Positions 45,269 to 54,293 of a stretch of DNA of 64,000 nucleotides are shown piece after piece (positions within the stretch are counted from its first letter, which is position 1; each line of letters opens with the position of its first letter). Below the pieces are notes generated by a model. That model did no database searches, was not told the origin of the DNA, and was given only the letters and a program-made list of their open reading frames with translations. The translations under genes and the position numbers were made by a program. Source of the DNA: Candidatus Zambryskibacteria bacterium CG10_big_fil_rev_8_21_14_0_10_42_12 (GTDB lineage Bacteria; Patescibacteriota; Minisyncoccia; Phycocordibacterales; 1-14-0-10-42-12); the NCBI GenBank assembly GCA_002787695.1, contig PCXL01000011.1, forward strand, positions 138,250 to 202,249. The letters are read 5' to 3'.

Positions 45269-46156
45269 ATGGCAGTTATCACAATCATCGGTAGTGGACG
45301 CATAGGTGATGCGCTCTATAAAACACTCACGGTGCGTGAGGATCATGATGTTCGCATGTGGGATGTTGATCCTACAAAACTAGAAATACCAATGACTCTT
45401 GAAGAATCTTTGCGAGACTCCGCGTATGTTCTGATGTGTGTATCATCCTGGGCTCTAAAGGCGGCATGTGACGAAATTGCATCATATATAGATGATGACA
45501 CCAAGGTCATCGCACTCACTAAAGGAATCGAGCCAACAACTCATTTATTTGTTAATGAGTATTTAGAAACTAGATTTCCAGGAAGATACGCATTGCTTAT
45601 TGGTCCCATGATCGCAGAGGAGATGGATGGTGAAAAACCTTCGGTTGCACTCTGTGCTACGGAGCATGTGTGGGATGAAAATATTTTTGAGGGCACAGCA
45701 TTGACGGCACTTTTTACAACAGATATTACAGGGACCGCTCTTTCTGGTATTTTAAAAAATGTATATGCTCTGGGTCTCGGTATTACCGACGCATTGAATC
45801 TCGGACAAAATTTTAAAGCAAGTTTTGCTGTGAGGGCGATTCACGAAATGGAACAGATTATTGTAAGTCTCGGCGGCAAAAAAGAAACAGTCTACTCGTT
45901 CGCCGGTCTTGGAGATTTGATCGTCACCGGATGGAGTCCTACATCCCGCAATAGAACACTTGGTGAAAAAATCGCCAAAGAAGGAGTCGAGGTTTTGAAA
46001 GGTGGGGAAGGAAGCGAGGGTATGCAGTCCATTGTTCATTTGGCACGGAGAATAAAAGGTGGTATTCCGCCGCTCTACAGCGTAGTACTCGACATTATCG
46101 AAGGGCAAGAGAAACAGCCGCGTGAACGTTTTATGAAAGTTGTGCAGGAGGGATAG
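45269..46156 (+). CDS. gpsA: NAD(P)H-dependent glycerol-3-phosphate dehydrogenase
   Basis: IGSGRIGDAL Rossmann motif, the C-terminal signature GLGDLIVTGWSPTSRNRTLGEKIAKEG, and the GMQSIVHL motif. Confidence 0.8.
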   Translation: MAVITIIGSGRIGDALYKTLTVREDHDVRMWDVDPTKLEIPMTLEESLRDSAYVLMCVSSWALKAACDEIASYIDDDTKVIALTKGIEPTTHLFVNEYLETRFPGRYALLIGPMIAEEMDGEKPSVALCATEHVWDENIFEGTALTALFTTDITGTALSGILKNVYALGLGITDALNLGQNFKASFAVRAIHEMEQIIVSLGGKKETVYSFAGLGDLIVTGWSPTSRNRTLGEKIAKEGVEVLKGGEGSEGMQSIVHLARRIKGGIPPLYSVVLDIIEGQEKQPRERFMKVVQEG

Positions 46157-46170
46157 TCGGAGGTTGTTTT

Positions 46171-46458
46171 GTGTGGTATGATATCGCCATGGTTACTATA
46201 CAAGGTAAAAAACTTTATCGGTCACAGACAGACAAAGTCTTCACAGGGCTTCTTGGGGGTATTGGTGAATTTTTTGATCTTGACCCTGTACTGTTGCGAC
46301 TCGGTTTTGTGGTGTTGGTGTTACTCAGCGGCTTTTGGCCAGGGGTAGTCGTGTATATTATCGGTGCACTTATTGTACCGGTGGCGCCAGGAGGTGCTCG
46401 GGTGCACGAGCAGGAAAAAGAAGAGAAATCAGAAAAAGAGGGCGAAAAAACAGAGTAA
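46171..46458 (+). CDS. PspC-domain protein
   Basis: LYRSQTDKVFTGLLGGIGEFFDLDPVLLRLGFVVL is the PspC motif, followed by a transmembrane helix and an acidic tail. A hairpin terminator (cagagta-loop-tactctg + T8) overlaps the stop codon at 46451-46482. Confidence 0.65.
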   Translation: MWYDIAMVTIQGKKLYRSQTDKVFTGLLGGIGEFFDLDPVLLRLGFVVLVLLSGFWPGVVVYIIGALIVPVAPGGARVHEQEKEEKSEKEGEKTE

Positions 46459-46489
46459 TACACAGTACTCTGTTTTTTTATTTGACATC

Positions 46490-47045
46490 TAACAGTAATA
46501 GCGGTACGGTATTAAGCGGTACCTGCCAGGAGTCACCTTGGTAGGAAGCAATGGAGGTACGAAAGTTGTATTCACATGTAGGTCGTGTGCCACAGAGCGA
46601 CGGCAAGGTCGTTCGTCTTAATCCTTCGCAAGGAAGAAGGATGAACAGGCCTGTTCCCCCTCCGGTGTTTCGGCAGGAAGTCGGCGACATTGGAGATCTC
46701 ATCGCGCTGCTTCAACACATTCGGTCGCGTCATGGAAGGAAGGTGAGAGCATGGCTCGATCCTAAGATCTGTGGCGTACTGTGTGTACTCACTGGATTCG
46801 AAGTCCAAGGGGCGAAAGATGCAGTGTGTGCGCCTGATCAGCCACCTCTGTTGTTACTCGATGATGCAAAGGGAAGTCTTTGCGCACCGAGCAGCTTCAG
46901 AGATGCGAAGGCGGATGACCCGAAGCTCCAAGAGTGGGTTCTCAGCGCCATCGTGGGACGAGCGTTTAAGCTGCGGCACTAACGAAGCCCGGTGGTCGCC
47001 TAGCCGCGACCACCGGCACCAGAAGCTTTCCGTTCGAAAGAAAAA
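46490..47045. other. GC-elevated ~550-bp segment without a convincing ORF, bounded by intrinsic terminators; candidate structured ncRNA or foreign or decayed DNA
   Basis: All six frames carry only short, overlapping ORFs with no protein-like motifs. Strong hairpins include gcccggtggtcgc-ctagc-cgcgaccaccggc (46988-47017) and a T-arm-like tgga-ttcgaag-tcca (46792). It ends at a bidirectional terminator at 47045-47075. Confidence 0.25.
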
Positions 47046-47075
47046 AGTCCAGCATGTGCTGGGCGCTTTTTTTAT
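47045..47075. terminator. Bidirectional intrinsic terminator
   Basis: aaaaaagtccagcatgtgctgggcgcttttttt. Confidence 0.65.
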
Positions 47076-48175
47076 TCTAATTTTTTACCTGAAAAGATAT
47101 CCGTTTCTATTGCATCAATTTTGGCTGCCATAATAAAGTCGTTTTCGGTGAGGCCTTTTACCGCATGAGTAGAGAGTGTTACGTCTACACGATTCCAATC
47201 ATGCACTGAAAAATCCGGATGATGTCCTTCTTCATCTGCGATATCTGCCATGTTTTCGACAAAATCCATTGCTTCTTCAAAGTTTTTAAATACAAAGTAT
47301 TTATGAAGTCTCTTATTCTCGATCAAATCCCAGCCAGAAATATTGTCCATGTAGTCTTCGCATGCTTCTCGAGTGAGAGGTTCACCACCTGATTCGCACG
47401 GTACACAATGTTGTTTTTCAAGATCAAATGGATGGCTGGCACTAGCACTATCGCGTTCGAGTTCACCGTGTCTACCGTGTCTGAGACCGTTTCTTACCGG
47501 AGTTTTACCAATGAGCTCAACAATTTCATCTTCATCATCCAAGACTGTAAACAAATCGAGGTCTTCTTTAGAAATATTGTGCTCATTTTCATAAAGAGTG
47601 TCTTTAATATAGGAGACGAGAGGATCCCAAAATTCACTTCCGACAAGCACGACTGGTACATGAGGTATTTTACCCGTCTGAACAAGTGTCAGGATCTCAA
47701 ATAATTCATCAAGCGTACCGAATCCACCTGGAAAATATACATATGCTTCAGCTGCAAATGACAGCATTACTTTTCTACTAAAGAAATAGTGGAACATGAT
47801 TTCGTCAGTGACAAATTTGTTTGTTGCCTGTTCTTTAGGTAAGCGAATCGTAAAACCAACTGCATGTCCGTCTGCTTCTTTAGCCCCTTTGTGTGCTGCC
47901 TCCATGATGCCTGGTCCACCGCCAGTGATAACAGAGAACCCTTGTTCTTTTGCAAGTCTATAACCAAGACGTTCTGCCTTCTTGTAATACATATTGTCTT
48001 CTGGTGTTCGAGCGCTGCCAAAAAACGTAACCGATTTAGGGTGTTTTACCAAAAAATCAAAACCCATTTTAAACTCTTTGGTAATAAGAGAGACTCGCTT
48101 GCGTGTTGCATCATGGATTTCGGCAACAGTTAGAGGTTTGTATTTTGGGTCGAGTGGAGTGTTAATATCTTCCAT
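47072..48175 (-). CDS. Fusion protein: LOG-family (TIGR00730) Rossmann domain + C-terminal pterin-4a-carbinolamine dehydratase (PCD/DCoH) domain
   Basis: LOG motifs: FGSARTPEDNMYY, ITGGGPGIMEA and PGGFGTLDELFE. C-terminal PCD signature: EEGHHPDFSVHDWNRVDVTLSTHA. Confidence 0.75.
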   Translation of the reverse strand: MEDINTPLDPKYKPLTVAEIHDATRKRVSLITKEFKMGFDFLVKHPKSVTFFGSARTPEDNMYYKKAERLGYRLAKEQGFSVITGGGPGIMEAAHKGAKEADGHAVGFTIRLPKEQATNKFVTDEIMFHYFFSRKVMLSFAAEAYVYFPGGFGTLDELFEILTLVQTGKIPHVPVVLVGSEFWDPLVSYIKDTLYENEHNISKEDLDLFTVLDDEDEIVELIGKTPVRNGLRHGRHGELERDSASASHPFDLEKQHCVPCESGGEPLTREACEDYMDNISGWDLIENKRLHKYFVFKNFEEAMDFVENMADIADEEGHHPDFSVHDWNRVDVTLSTHAVKGLTENDFIMAAKIDAIETDIFSGKKLE

Positions 48176-48268
48176 AAAAACGTTAAAAATTGTCTATTTA
48201 TTGTACCGATAAGTGCTCATGTAAGCAAAACAGTTATGCACGGTTTTGTGATACAATAGCTCTCGTAT

Positions 48269-48390
48269 GAGTCCCGTTAGAGATAGCGGACGCTCAAGGA
48301 TAAAGACAGTGAATATATTAAAAGTACATTATCAACTTAATTAAGATAGGATTAAGGACACTGTGTCCGCGTCCTATCTCTAACGGGATG
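48269..48390 (+). promoter_or_regulatory. Copy B of the ~125-nt structured element (arms tcccgttagagatagcggacgc / gtccgcgtcctatctctaacggga) overlapping the start codon of the FKBP gene
   Basis: Same terminal arms as copy A (26064-26187), the ggac-actgt-gtcc mini-hairpin, a conserved ttaattaa in the loop, and the ATG of the 48388 gene embedded in ...taacgggATGa. Confidence 0.5.
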
Positions 48391-48879
48391 AGAAAATTAC
48401 ATACGCATGAATGGATTGGCGTTATTATCGCCATCACGGTGGTTGCTTTTTTAGTAATAGAAGGGGTGTTTGGTGATCTATTCAAAATTGAAGACGATCA
48501 TTCGCTTGTTAATTTAGAAAATCAAGGGGAACTTATGGATAATGAAAATACTCAGTCGCTCGGAGGACTCACTATAGAAACAATTGCAGAGGGTACTGGT
48601 GCTGAAGTGCGTGCGTTTGATGAGCTTACGGTACATTACACAGGGACACTCACAAATGGAACCGTGTTTGATAGTTCAGTTACGCGAGGTACGCCATTTA
48701 CATTTGTAATTGGTCAAGGCAGTGTTATTGCTGGTTGGGAAGAAGGTTTACTTGGTATGAAAGTTGGTGAAAAGCGACGACTTACTATTGCGCCTGAGAA
48801 AGCGTATGGCAGAGCGCAGGGACACGAATTGCAGAACGAGACGCTTGTATTTGAAGTCGAATTGCTAGACATTCAGTAA
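48388..48879 (+). CDS. FKBP-type peptidyl-prolyl cis-trans isomerase, membrane-anchored
   Basis: N-terminal transmembrane helix (WIGVIIAITVVAFLVI), then an FKBP core (VHYTGTLTNGTVFDSS...FTFVIGQGSVIAGWEEGLLGMKVGEKRRLTIAPEKAYG). Confidence 0.8.
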   Translation: MRKLHTHEWIGVIIAITVVAFLVIEGVFGDLFKIEDDHSLVNLENQGELMDNENTQSLGGLTIETIAEGTGAEVRAFDELTVHYTGTLTNGTVFDSSVTRGTPFTFVIGQGSVIAGWEEGLLGMKVGEKRRLTIAPEKAYGRAQGHELQNETLVFEVELLDIQ

Positions 48880-48899
48880 TCGTCTAGTATGGAGCTCTT

Positions 48900-50111
48900 A
48901 TGAGCCAACCTATCTCGTTTACAAAAACAAAGGATATACCCGATGCGTTAGGACGCGCGGGTATTATTCATACTCAACATGGTGATATCGAGACACCGGC
49001 ATTTGTAACTGTGGGGACAAAAGCAACGGTAAAGTCTCTTACGCCAGAACAGGTTAAAGACCTCGGGGCGCAGGTGGTGCTTGCAAACACGTATCATTTA
49101 TATCTAGAACCTGGCGATGAGATAGTAAAAGAAGCAGGAGGACTCCATGCGTTTATGAATTGGAAAGGACCAACGATTACTGATTCCGGAGGGTTCCAAG
49201 TTTTTTCACTCGGTGAGGCGCTCGGCAAAGGTGTCTCAAAAGTAGCGACTGGTGAAGCAGTAACGGACGCGGGTGATGTGGCTCGGACGGATGAGTTTAC
49301 AAACAAGAGGGCGAAAATAGATGAAGAGGGGGTTACGTTTGTATCACATAAAGATGGCAAAAAACATCGTATGACCCCTGAAGACTCCATGCGTATTCAA
49401 CACAATATTGGAGCAGATATTATGTTTGCATTTGATGAGTGTACTTCTCCGCATGCAAAGAAGGAGTACCAAAAAGAAGCAATGGAACGGACGCACAGAT
49501 GGGCAGAAAGATGTATTGCGTATCACAAAGAAAGCGGTCAAGACAAAACACAAGGTCTTTTTGCTGTGGTACAAGGTGGAAGATTTGAAGAACTGCGTAA
49601 AGAGAGTGCAAAAGTATTGAGTGAAATGGATTTTGCCGGATTTGGTGTCGGCGGATCGTTTGTTAAAGAGGATATGGATACTGCGGTTGGGTGGGTAAAT
49701 GAAATCTTGCCCGCAGATAAACCGCGGCATTTGCTCGGCATTGGTGAGCCACTCGATATTTTGAAAGGAGTAGAACAAGGGTGTGACACATTTGATTGTG
49801 TAGCAGCAACACGCATGGCGCGTAATGGTGGAGTATATATTGACGGAGGAAAAATAAATCTGCTGAATGCACAGTTTAAAAAAGATTTTACTCCCATAAT
49901 GGATACTTGTGATTGTTATACGTGTGCGCACTATACGCGTGCGTATATAGCCCATCTCTTTCGAGCAAAAGAAATGTTAGCGGCCACACTCGCGTCTATT
50001 CACAATTTACGATTCATAATCAGATTTACTGATGAAATAAGAGAATCTATAAAAGAAGGAACATTTACAGAACATAAAAAGGAGATATTGCAAAAATACG
50101 GCTTATTGTAG
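48900..50111 (+). CDS. tgt: Queuine tRNA-ribosyltransferase
   Basis: TIM-barrel Tgt motifs (LANTYHL, DSGGFQV, GVGG) and the zinc site CDCYTC...H. Confidence 0.9.
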   Translation: MSQPISFTKTKDIPDALGRAGIIHTQHGDIETPAFVTVGTKATVKSLTPEQVKDLGAQVVLANTYHLYLEPGDEIVKEAGGLHAFMNWKGPTITDSGGFQVFSLGEALGKGVSKVATGEAVTDAGDVARTDEFTNKRAKIDEEGVTFVSHKDGKKHRMTPEDSMRIQHNIGADIMFAFDECTSPHAKKEYQKEAMERTHRWAERCIAYHKESGQDKTQGLFAVVQGGRFEELRKESAKVLSEMDFAGFGVGGSFVKEDMDTAVGWVNEILPADKPRHLLGIGEPLDILKGVEQGCDTFDCVAATRMARNGGVYIDGGKINLLNAQFKKDFTPIMDTCDCYTCAHYTRAYIAHLFRAKEMLAATLASIHNLRFIIRFTDEIRESIKEGTFTEHKKEILQKYGLL

Positions 50112-50163
50112 GCGTATCCACAGTTGTATTTACAAAATTTAAAAAATATGGTAAAAACACTAT

Positions 50164-50745
50164 ATGAGTAAACTAGGTGTCTGGGTAAAATCAATTTGGT
50201 ATATAACCAAAGCGCTTTTGCAGGGCAATGATCCTCTGAAAGATATTGCTCGTCTCAACACTGATCCTTTAACAGGCTTGGACAATAGACGTGGTGCACT
50301 TACGATATTAAGTATTGAGTTAGCACAAGCGGCAGATGCGAAAGGCTCTATCACGATTGCATTTATTGATCTTGATGGACTCAAAAAAATAAATGATACA
50401 GAAGGCCATGCTGCAGGAGATGAACACATTAAGAGTTTTGCTGACGTATTTCCTCACTATTTTAGACGATATGGTGAGATTGCAACCTTTGCTCGCTTAG
50501 GGGGAGATGAGTTTTTGGCTGTTACCACAATGAATCCTAAATCGTTTGAAAATCGTGTGGCATGGATTCAAGAAAATAGTGGCACATCATTTAGTTTTGG
50601 AGTACATACACGACAATTTAGAGAACAAAAACGCCTATCACGTGATGAGGCCTATACTATGGCAGAACATATGATCTCTCATGCAGATAAAAAAATGTAT
50701 GCTGACAAAACGGCACGCAAGGCAGGAAGAGATTTTGAAAAATAA
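50164..50745 (+). CDS. Stand-alone GGDEF-domain protein (putative diguanylate cyclase)
   Basis: LTGLDNRRG, IAFIDLDGLKKINDTEGHAAGDE and the intact RLGGDEFLAV active-site motif. No sensor domain. Confidence 0.8.
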   Translation: MSKLGVWVKSIWYITKALLQGNDPLKDIARLNTDPLTGLDNRRGALTILSIELAQAADAKGSITIAFIDLDGLKKINDTEGHAAGDEHIKSFADVFPHYFRRYGEIATFARLGGDEFLAVTTMNPKSFENRVAWIQENSGTSFSFGVHTRQFREQKRLSRDEAYTMAEHMISHADKKMYADKTARKAGRDFEK

Positions 50746-50782
50746 AAATGAGCGAGCGCGCGTCCAGGGACGCGCGCTTTGC

Positions 50783-50926
50783 TTATCTCATCCATTTGAA
50801 CCAGGTGTACGGCCAGAACAGCGCCTGAAAAAGTGGATGTTTTTCTCCAGAAAGAACTGAAGTAAGAAATGTGAGTGCAACCATAACGAGGTATAGGCAC
50901 CCCATTTGCATGTAGGTTATGTCCAT
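50783..50926 (-). CDS. Candidate 47-aa hydrophobic peptide (MDITYMQMGCLYLVMVALTFLTSVLSGEKHPLFQALFWPYTWFKWMR)
   Basis: Minus-strand ORF with GAGGTG 7 nt upstream. It is followed by the GC hairpin agcgcgcgtcc..ggacgcgcgct (50755-50778). Not in the ORF track because it is under 60 aa. Confidence 0.25.
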   Translation of the reverse strand: MDITYMQMGCLYLVMVALTFLTSVLSGEKHPLFQALFWPYTWFKWMR

Positions 50927-50967
50927 ATAGGCACCTCTTCTTCAATTAACTTAACACACTGAAGAAT

Positions 50968-51690
50968 TTATTTCCCGAGCATCTTTTTGATAGTAAACAT
51001 CATGTCGTCTACCATAGGATCGATGCCGTCTGATTCTTTTTGATTCCAAAGCCACTCGAGATATCCTGCATCTCTTGTCGCAATATTCTCAATACTTTCT
51101 CCTTTGTATTTTCCAAAGGTAAATTTTTTAAGGAGTGATGGTTCCATGGAAACACGAAGCATTTCTGCTACCGCAGAATCTTCATCACCTGTTTCTGCTT
51201 GCATCTTTGTAAAAAGTCTTTCAAAAAGTGCACGGAGTACCTTGACGTCTCCTGTGGCGTCATGGGCGATAGCATCTTTCACGTCTAGATCTAGATAGTA
51301 CCGGAGGAATTGTAAATTATATTCAGGAATAATTGCATCTTTATCTAAATATCTCGCAACACGCATGGTACAAATGAATTGTGGAACCTCTAATCCCTCC
51401 GCTTCTATAATTGCTTTATCAAAGAGTGCATTATGTGCAACAAAAATATGATCTTTGAGGAGTTCTTCTAACTGCTTGTATAAATCACTTCCTTGAAATG
51501 GGGACTCGTTTTCAACCATCTTGTTGGTAATGTGAGTAATACTCATTGATTTAACCGAGATAGGGAGCGGTGGTTTGAACATGCCACTGTACATCGTGTC
51601 TTCAACCTCAAAAGAAACTTGCGCAAGGCGATCTTTTTCTGGTTCGTTGCCTGTTGTTTCCGTATCTAAAAAAATGAATTTGTGTGCCAT
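50968..51690 (-). CDS. DEDDh 3'-5' exonuclease (DnaQ/epsilon-like) with a C-terminal extension
   Basis: Exo I FLDTETTG, Exo II VAHNALFDKAII, and Exo III HDATGDVKVL. Start chosen at MAHKF. Confidence 0.75.
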   Translation of the reverse strand: MAHKFIFLDTETTGNEPEKDRLAQVSFEVEDTMYSGMFKPPLPISVKSMSITHITNKMVENESPFQGSDLYKQLEELLKDHIFVAHNALFDKAIIEAEGLEVPQFICTMRVARYLDKDAIIPEYNLQFLRYYLDLDVKDAIAHDATGDVKVLRALFERLFTKMQAETGDEDSAVAEMLRVSMEPSLLKKFTFGKYKGESIENIATRDAGYLEWLWNQKESDGIDPMVDDMMFTIKKMLGK

Positions 51691-51958
51691 ACGAGCATTG
51701 TACCACGGCACCATTCGGGATATAGTCCGCGCACTTAAGGAACTATATTAATGATCTATATCCACGTGTTCTTAAGTGCGGGATTCCGTGTTTTATATAA
51801 GCAATTTTAAATATGTTTTGTGATAGAGTGTAACTGTGCTTATATAAAACACTTCATACTTCCATGTCTGTTTGTAATATCAAAAGTGAATTTGCGCCTG
51901 CAGGTGACCCAAGCACTATCGGAAAAGTGCTGGGCGCGACGTGGTAATGTAGATATCT

Positions 51959-54106
51959 ATGGCAGACTCGAACATTTTCAATTTGGTCTCTGAATTTAAG
52001 CCTTCTGGAGATCAGCCGCAGGCTATAAAGGCTCTGACAGAAGGTGTTAAATCTGGTCTCAAACACCAGACGCTGTTGGGTGTGACCGGGTCGGGTAAAA
52101 CATTTACGGCGGCAAACGTGATTCAAAATATTGGCAAACCGACTCTTGTTATTGCACATAATAAAACACTCGCCGCGCAGCTCGCTCAAGAATACAAAGA
52201 ATTTTTCCCTGAAAACGCAGTGCATTATTTTGTCTCTTATTATGACTATTATCAGCCGGAGGCCTATATGCCGGTTACTGATACATATATCGAAAAAGAA
52301 GCGATGATCAATGAGGAGATTGAGCGCCTTCGTCATGCGACAACGCAAGCACTCCTTACAAGACAAGACTGTATTATTGTCGCGTCTGTTTCGTGTATCT
52401 ATGGTTTGGGTTCTCCTATTGAATACGAAAAAGTAAATATGCGGATTGAGGTCGGACAAGCAATTTCTCGTAATGACTTTGCACGAAAGCTCATTGATAT
52501 TTTTTATAAACGAACGAATGCCGACCTCACACCAGGAGAATTTCGCGCGCTTGGAAATACGGTTGAGATTATGCCGGTATCAGAGAAAATCGTGTATCGC
52601 ATAGAATTTGCCGGAAATAATATAGAACATATTACAATAATCGATGCGATTACAAGAAGTGTGTACGAAGATAATGTGCCATCCTTCTTCCTTTTTCCTG
52701 CAAAGCACTTTGTGACGCCGGAAAACGAAATAAAGCGTGCAATAAAAAGTATTAAAGAAGAACTTGCTGATAGGCTTGCGGTTTTAGAAAAAGAAGGAAA
52801 GATCTTGGAGGCTGAACGACTCAAACGTCGGACAAACTATGATCTCGCCATGATCAAAGAAGTTGGATATACAAATGGTATTGAAAATTATTCTCGCCAT
52901 TTTGATAACAGAGCTCCTGGTGAACCACCTTATACACTCCTTTCATATTTTCCACATAAATCGGATGGGAGTCCGGATTTCCTCACCATCATTGATGAAT
53001 CGCACGTCACTATTCCGCAACTCGGTGGCATGTATGCGGGGGATCAGTCTCGTAAACAAAATTTGGTAGATCACGGATTCCGTCTGCCGAGTGCCCGAGA
53101 TAACAGACCTCTTAACTTTGAAGAAGTTGAAGAGAGGCTAGGACAGCGGATTTATACGAGTGCTACACCTGGAGAATATGAGAAAGAACATTCAAAGGAT
53201 CCGGCAGGGCAAGCCCGCCTGTCAGCGCCTGAAGGCTTAGTCGATGGCGGACAGGTCGTGGAACAAGTTATTCGTCCGACAGGACTGATTGATCCGCCTA
53301 TTTTTGTGCGCGGTGTTGTAGAGAGTGGTCCGTATAAAGGTCAGATTCAAGATTTCATAAAAGAGACAGTTGAGGTAGTAAAAGGGGATGGACGAGTAAT
53401 CGCAACGACGCTCACCAAGAAAATGGCAGAAGATCTCTCTGAATATTTGAAAGAGAAAAAAATAAAAGCAGAGTATCTACACAGCGACATTAAAACCATT
53501 GAGCGTATTGAGATTTTGACCGATTTTCGCCGTGGAAAGTTTGATTGTTTGGTTGGCGTGAATCTCCTTCGAGAAGGCCTCGATCTTCCCGAGGTTGAAT
53601 TTATTGGCATTCTGGATGCAGACAAAGAAGGATTTTTGAGGAGTGAGACGTCACTTATTCAAATCATTGGTCGAGCGGCGCGAAATATAAAGGGGCGCGT
53701 AGTTCTCTATGCCGACAACATAACCGGTTCAATGGAGAGGGCAATTGGCGAGACGAATCGTCGCAGAGATATTCAGATTGCGTATAACAAAAAACATAAT
53801 ATTACGCCGAAGACAATTATCAAGAAAATTGCCGATATCACCGAGCACATGAAAAGTGATCATGATAAGGCGGTCGCGGCAGATCTCAAGCGTGATGAAA
53901 AAATCTATAAGAAAAATCCAGAAAAACTGATTCGCATCAAAGAGAAACAAATGAATGCGTCAGTGAAAATCTTGGACTTCGAAACGGCAGCGCTCTTGCG
54001 TGATGAAATTACAGTGATAATGCAAAAACTAAAACAAGAGGAAAAAGAAAGTAATAAAGTGATAAAACAGGAGAAGGAAAGGAGTCAAAAAAGGAATACT
54101 CTGTAA
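51959..54106 (+). CDS. uvrB: Excinuclease ABC subunit B
   Basis: GVTGSGKTFT Walker A, DESH, helicase motifs, and a C-terminal UVR domain (ETAALLRDEITVIMQKLKQ). Confidence 0.95.
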   Translation: MADSNIFNLVSEFKPSGDQPQAIKALTEGVKSGLKHQTLLGVTGSGKTFTAANVIQNIGKPTLVIAHNKTLAAQLAQEYKEFFPENAVHYFVSYYDYYQPEAYMPVTDTYIEKEAMINEEIERLRHATTQALLTRQDCIIVASVSCIYGLGSPIEYEKVNMRIEVGQAISRNDFARKLIDIFYKRTNADLTPGEFRALGNTVEIMPVSEKIVYRIEFAGNNIEHITIIDAITRSVYEDNVPSFFLFPAKHFVTPENEIKRAIKSIKEELADRLAVLEKEGKILEAERLKRRTNYDLAMIKEVGYTNGIENYSRHFDNRAPGEPPYTLLSYFPHKSDGSPDFLTIIDESHVTIPQLGGMYAGDQSRKQNLVDHGFRLPSARDNRPLNFEEVEERLGQRIYTSATPGEYEKEHSKDPAGQARLSAPEGLVDGGQVVEQVIRPTGLIDPPIFVRGVVESGPYKGQIQDFIKETVEVVKGDGRVIATTLTKKMAEDLSEYLKEKKIKAEYLHSDIKTIERIEILTDFRRGKFDCLVGVNLLREGLDLPEVEFIGILDADKEGFLRSETSLIQIIGRAARNIKGRVVLYADNITGSMERAIGETNRRRDIQIAYNKKHNITPKTIIKKIADITEHMKSDHDKAVAADLKRDEKIYKKNPEKLIRIKEKQMNASVKILDFETAALLRDEITVIMQKLKQEEKESNKVIKQEKERSQKRNTL

Positions 54107-54150
54107 AGAGACAAGTGAAACGAAGTCCCGCACATGTCCGCTTGTGCGGG

Positions 54151-54231
54151 ATGATGAAAAAAGAAGAGAAAGAAGTTGGTAAGGTTATTAAAGCAGAGGG
54201 GGAACGAGATAAAAAACGAAATAAACTGTAA
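54151..54231 (+). repeat. Degenerate tandem duplicate of the uvrB 3' end (a 26-codon ORFlet, MMKKEEKEVGKVIKAEGERDKKRNKL)
   Basis: Nucleotide and peptide similarity to the uvrB C-terminus (KQEEKESNKVIKQEKERSQKRNTL). It follows the hairpin tcccgcacatgtccgcttgtgcggga. Confidence 0.4.
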
Positions 54232-54293
54232 TTATGGTATAGTATTTCTACCCTAATAACCCCTATACGTCAGAGACGGGGAGTTTTTGCCTT

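Noticed and set aside
46780-46810. tmRNA assignment from a GGAUUCGAAG string resembling the tmRNA 5' GGAUUCGAC element
   Set aside because: No GGGG acceptor start lies at the right distance upstream. No tag-peptide reading frame ending in AA-stop was found. No matching 3' T-arm/acceptor pairs with a 5' end.
46551-46982. 143-aa + ORF (MEVRKLYSHVGRVPQSDGKV...) and the overlapping 46771-47133 and 46572-46808 ORFs
   Set aside because: These are mutually overlapping ORFs in different frames inside a GC-elevated segment. No motif, no periodic codon bias and no RBS are present. They are more consistent with non-coding structured sequence than with a gene.
50679-50945. 88-aa minus ORF
   Set aside because: It overlaps the GGDEF gene 3' end and runs through a terminator hairpin. 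Only the short 47-aa distal part (50783-50926), which has an SD sequence, is plausible.
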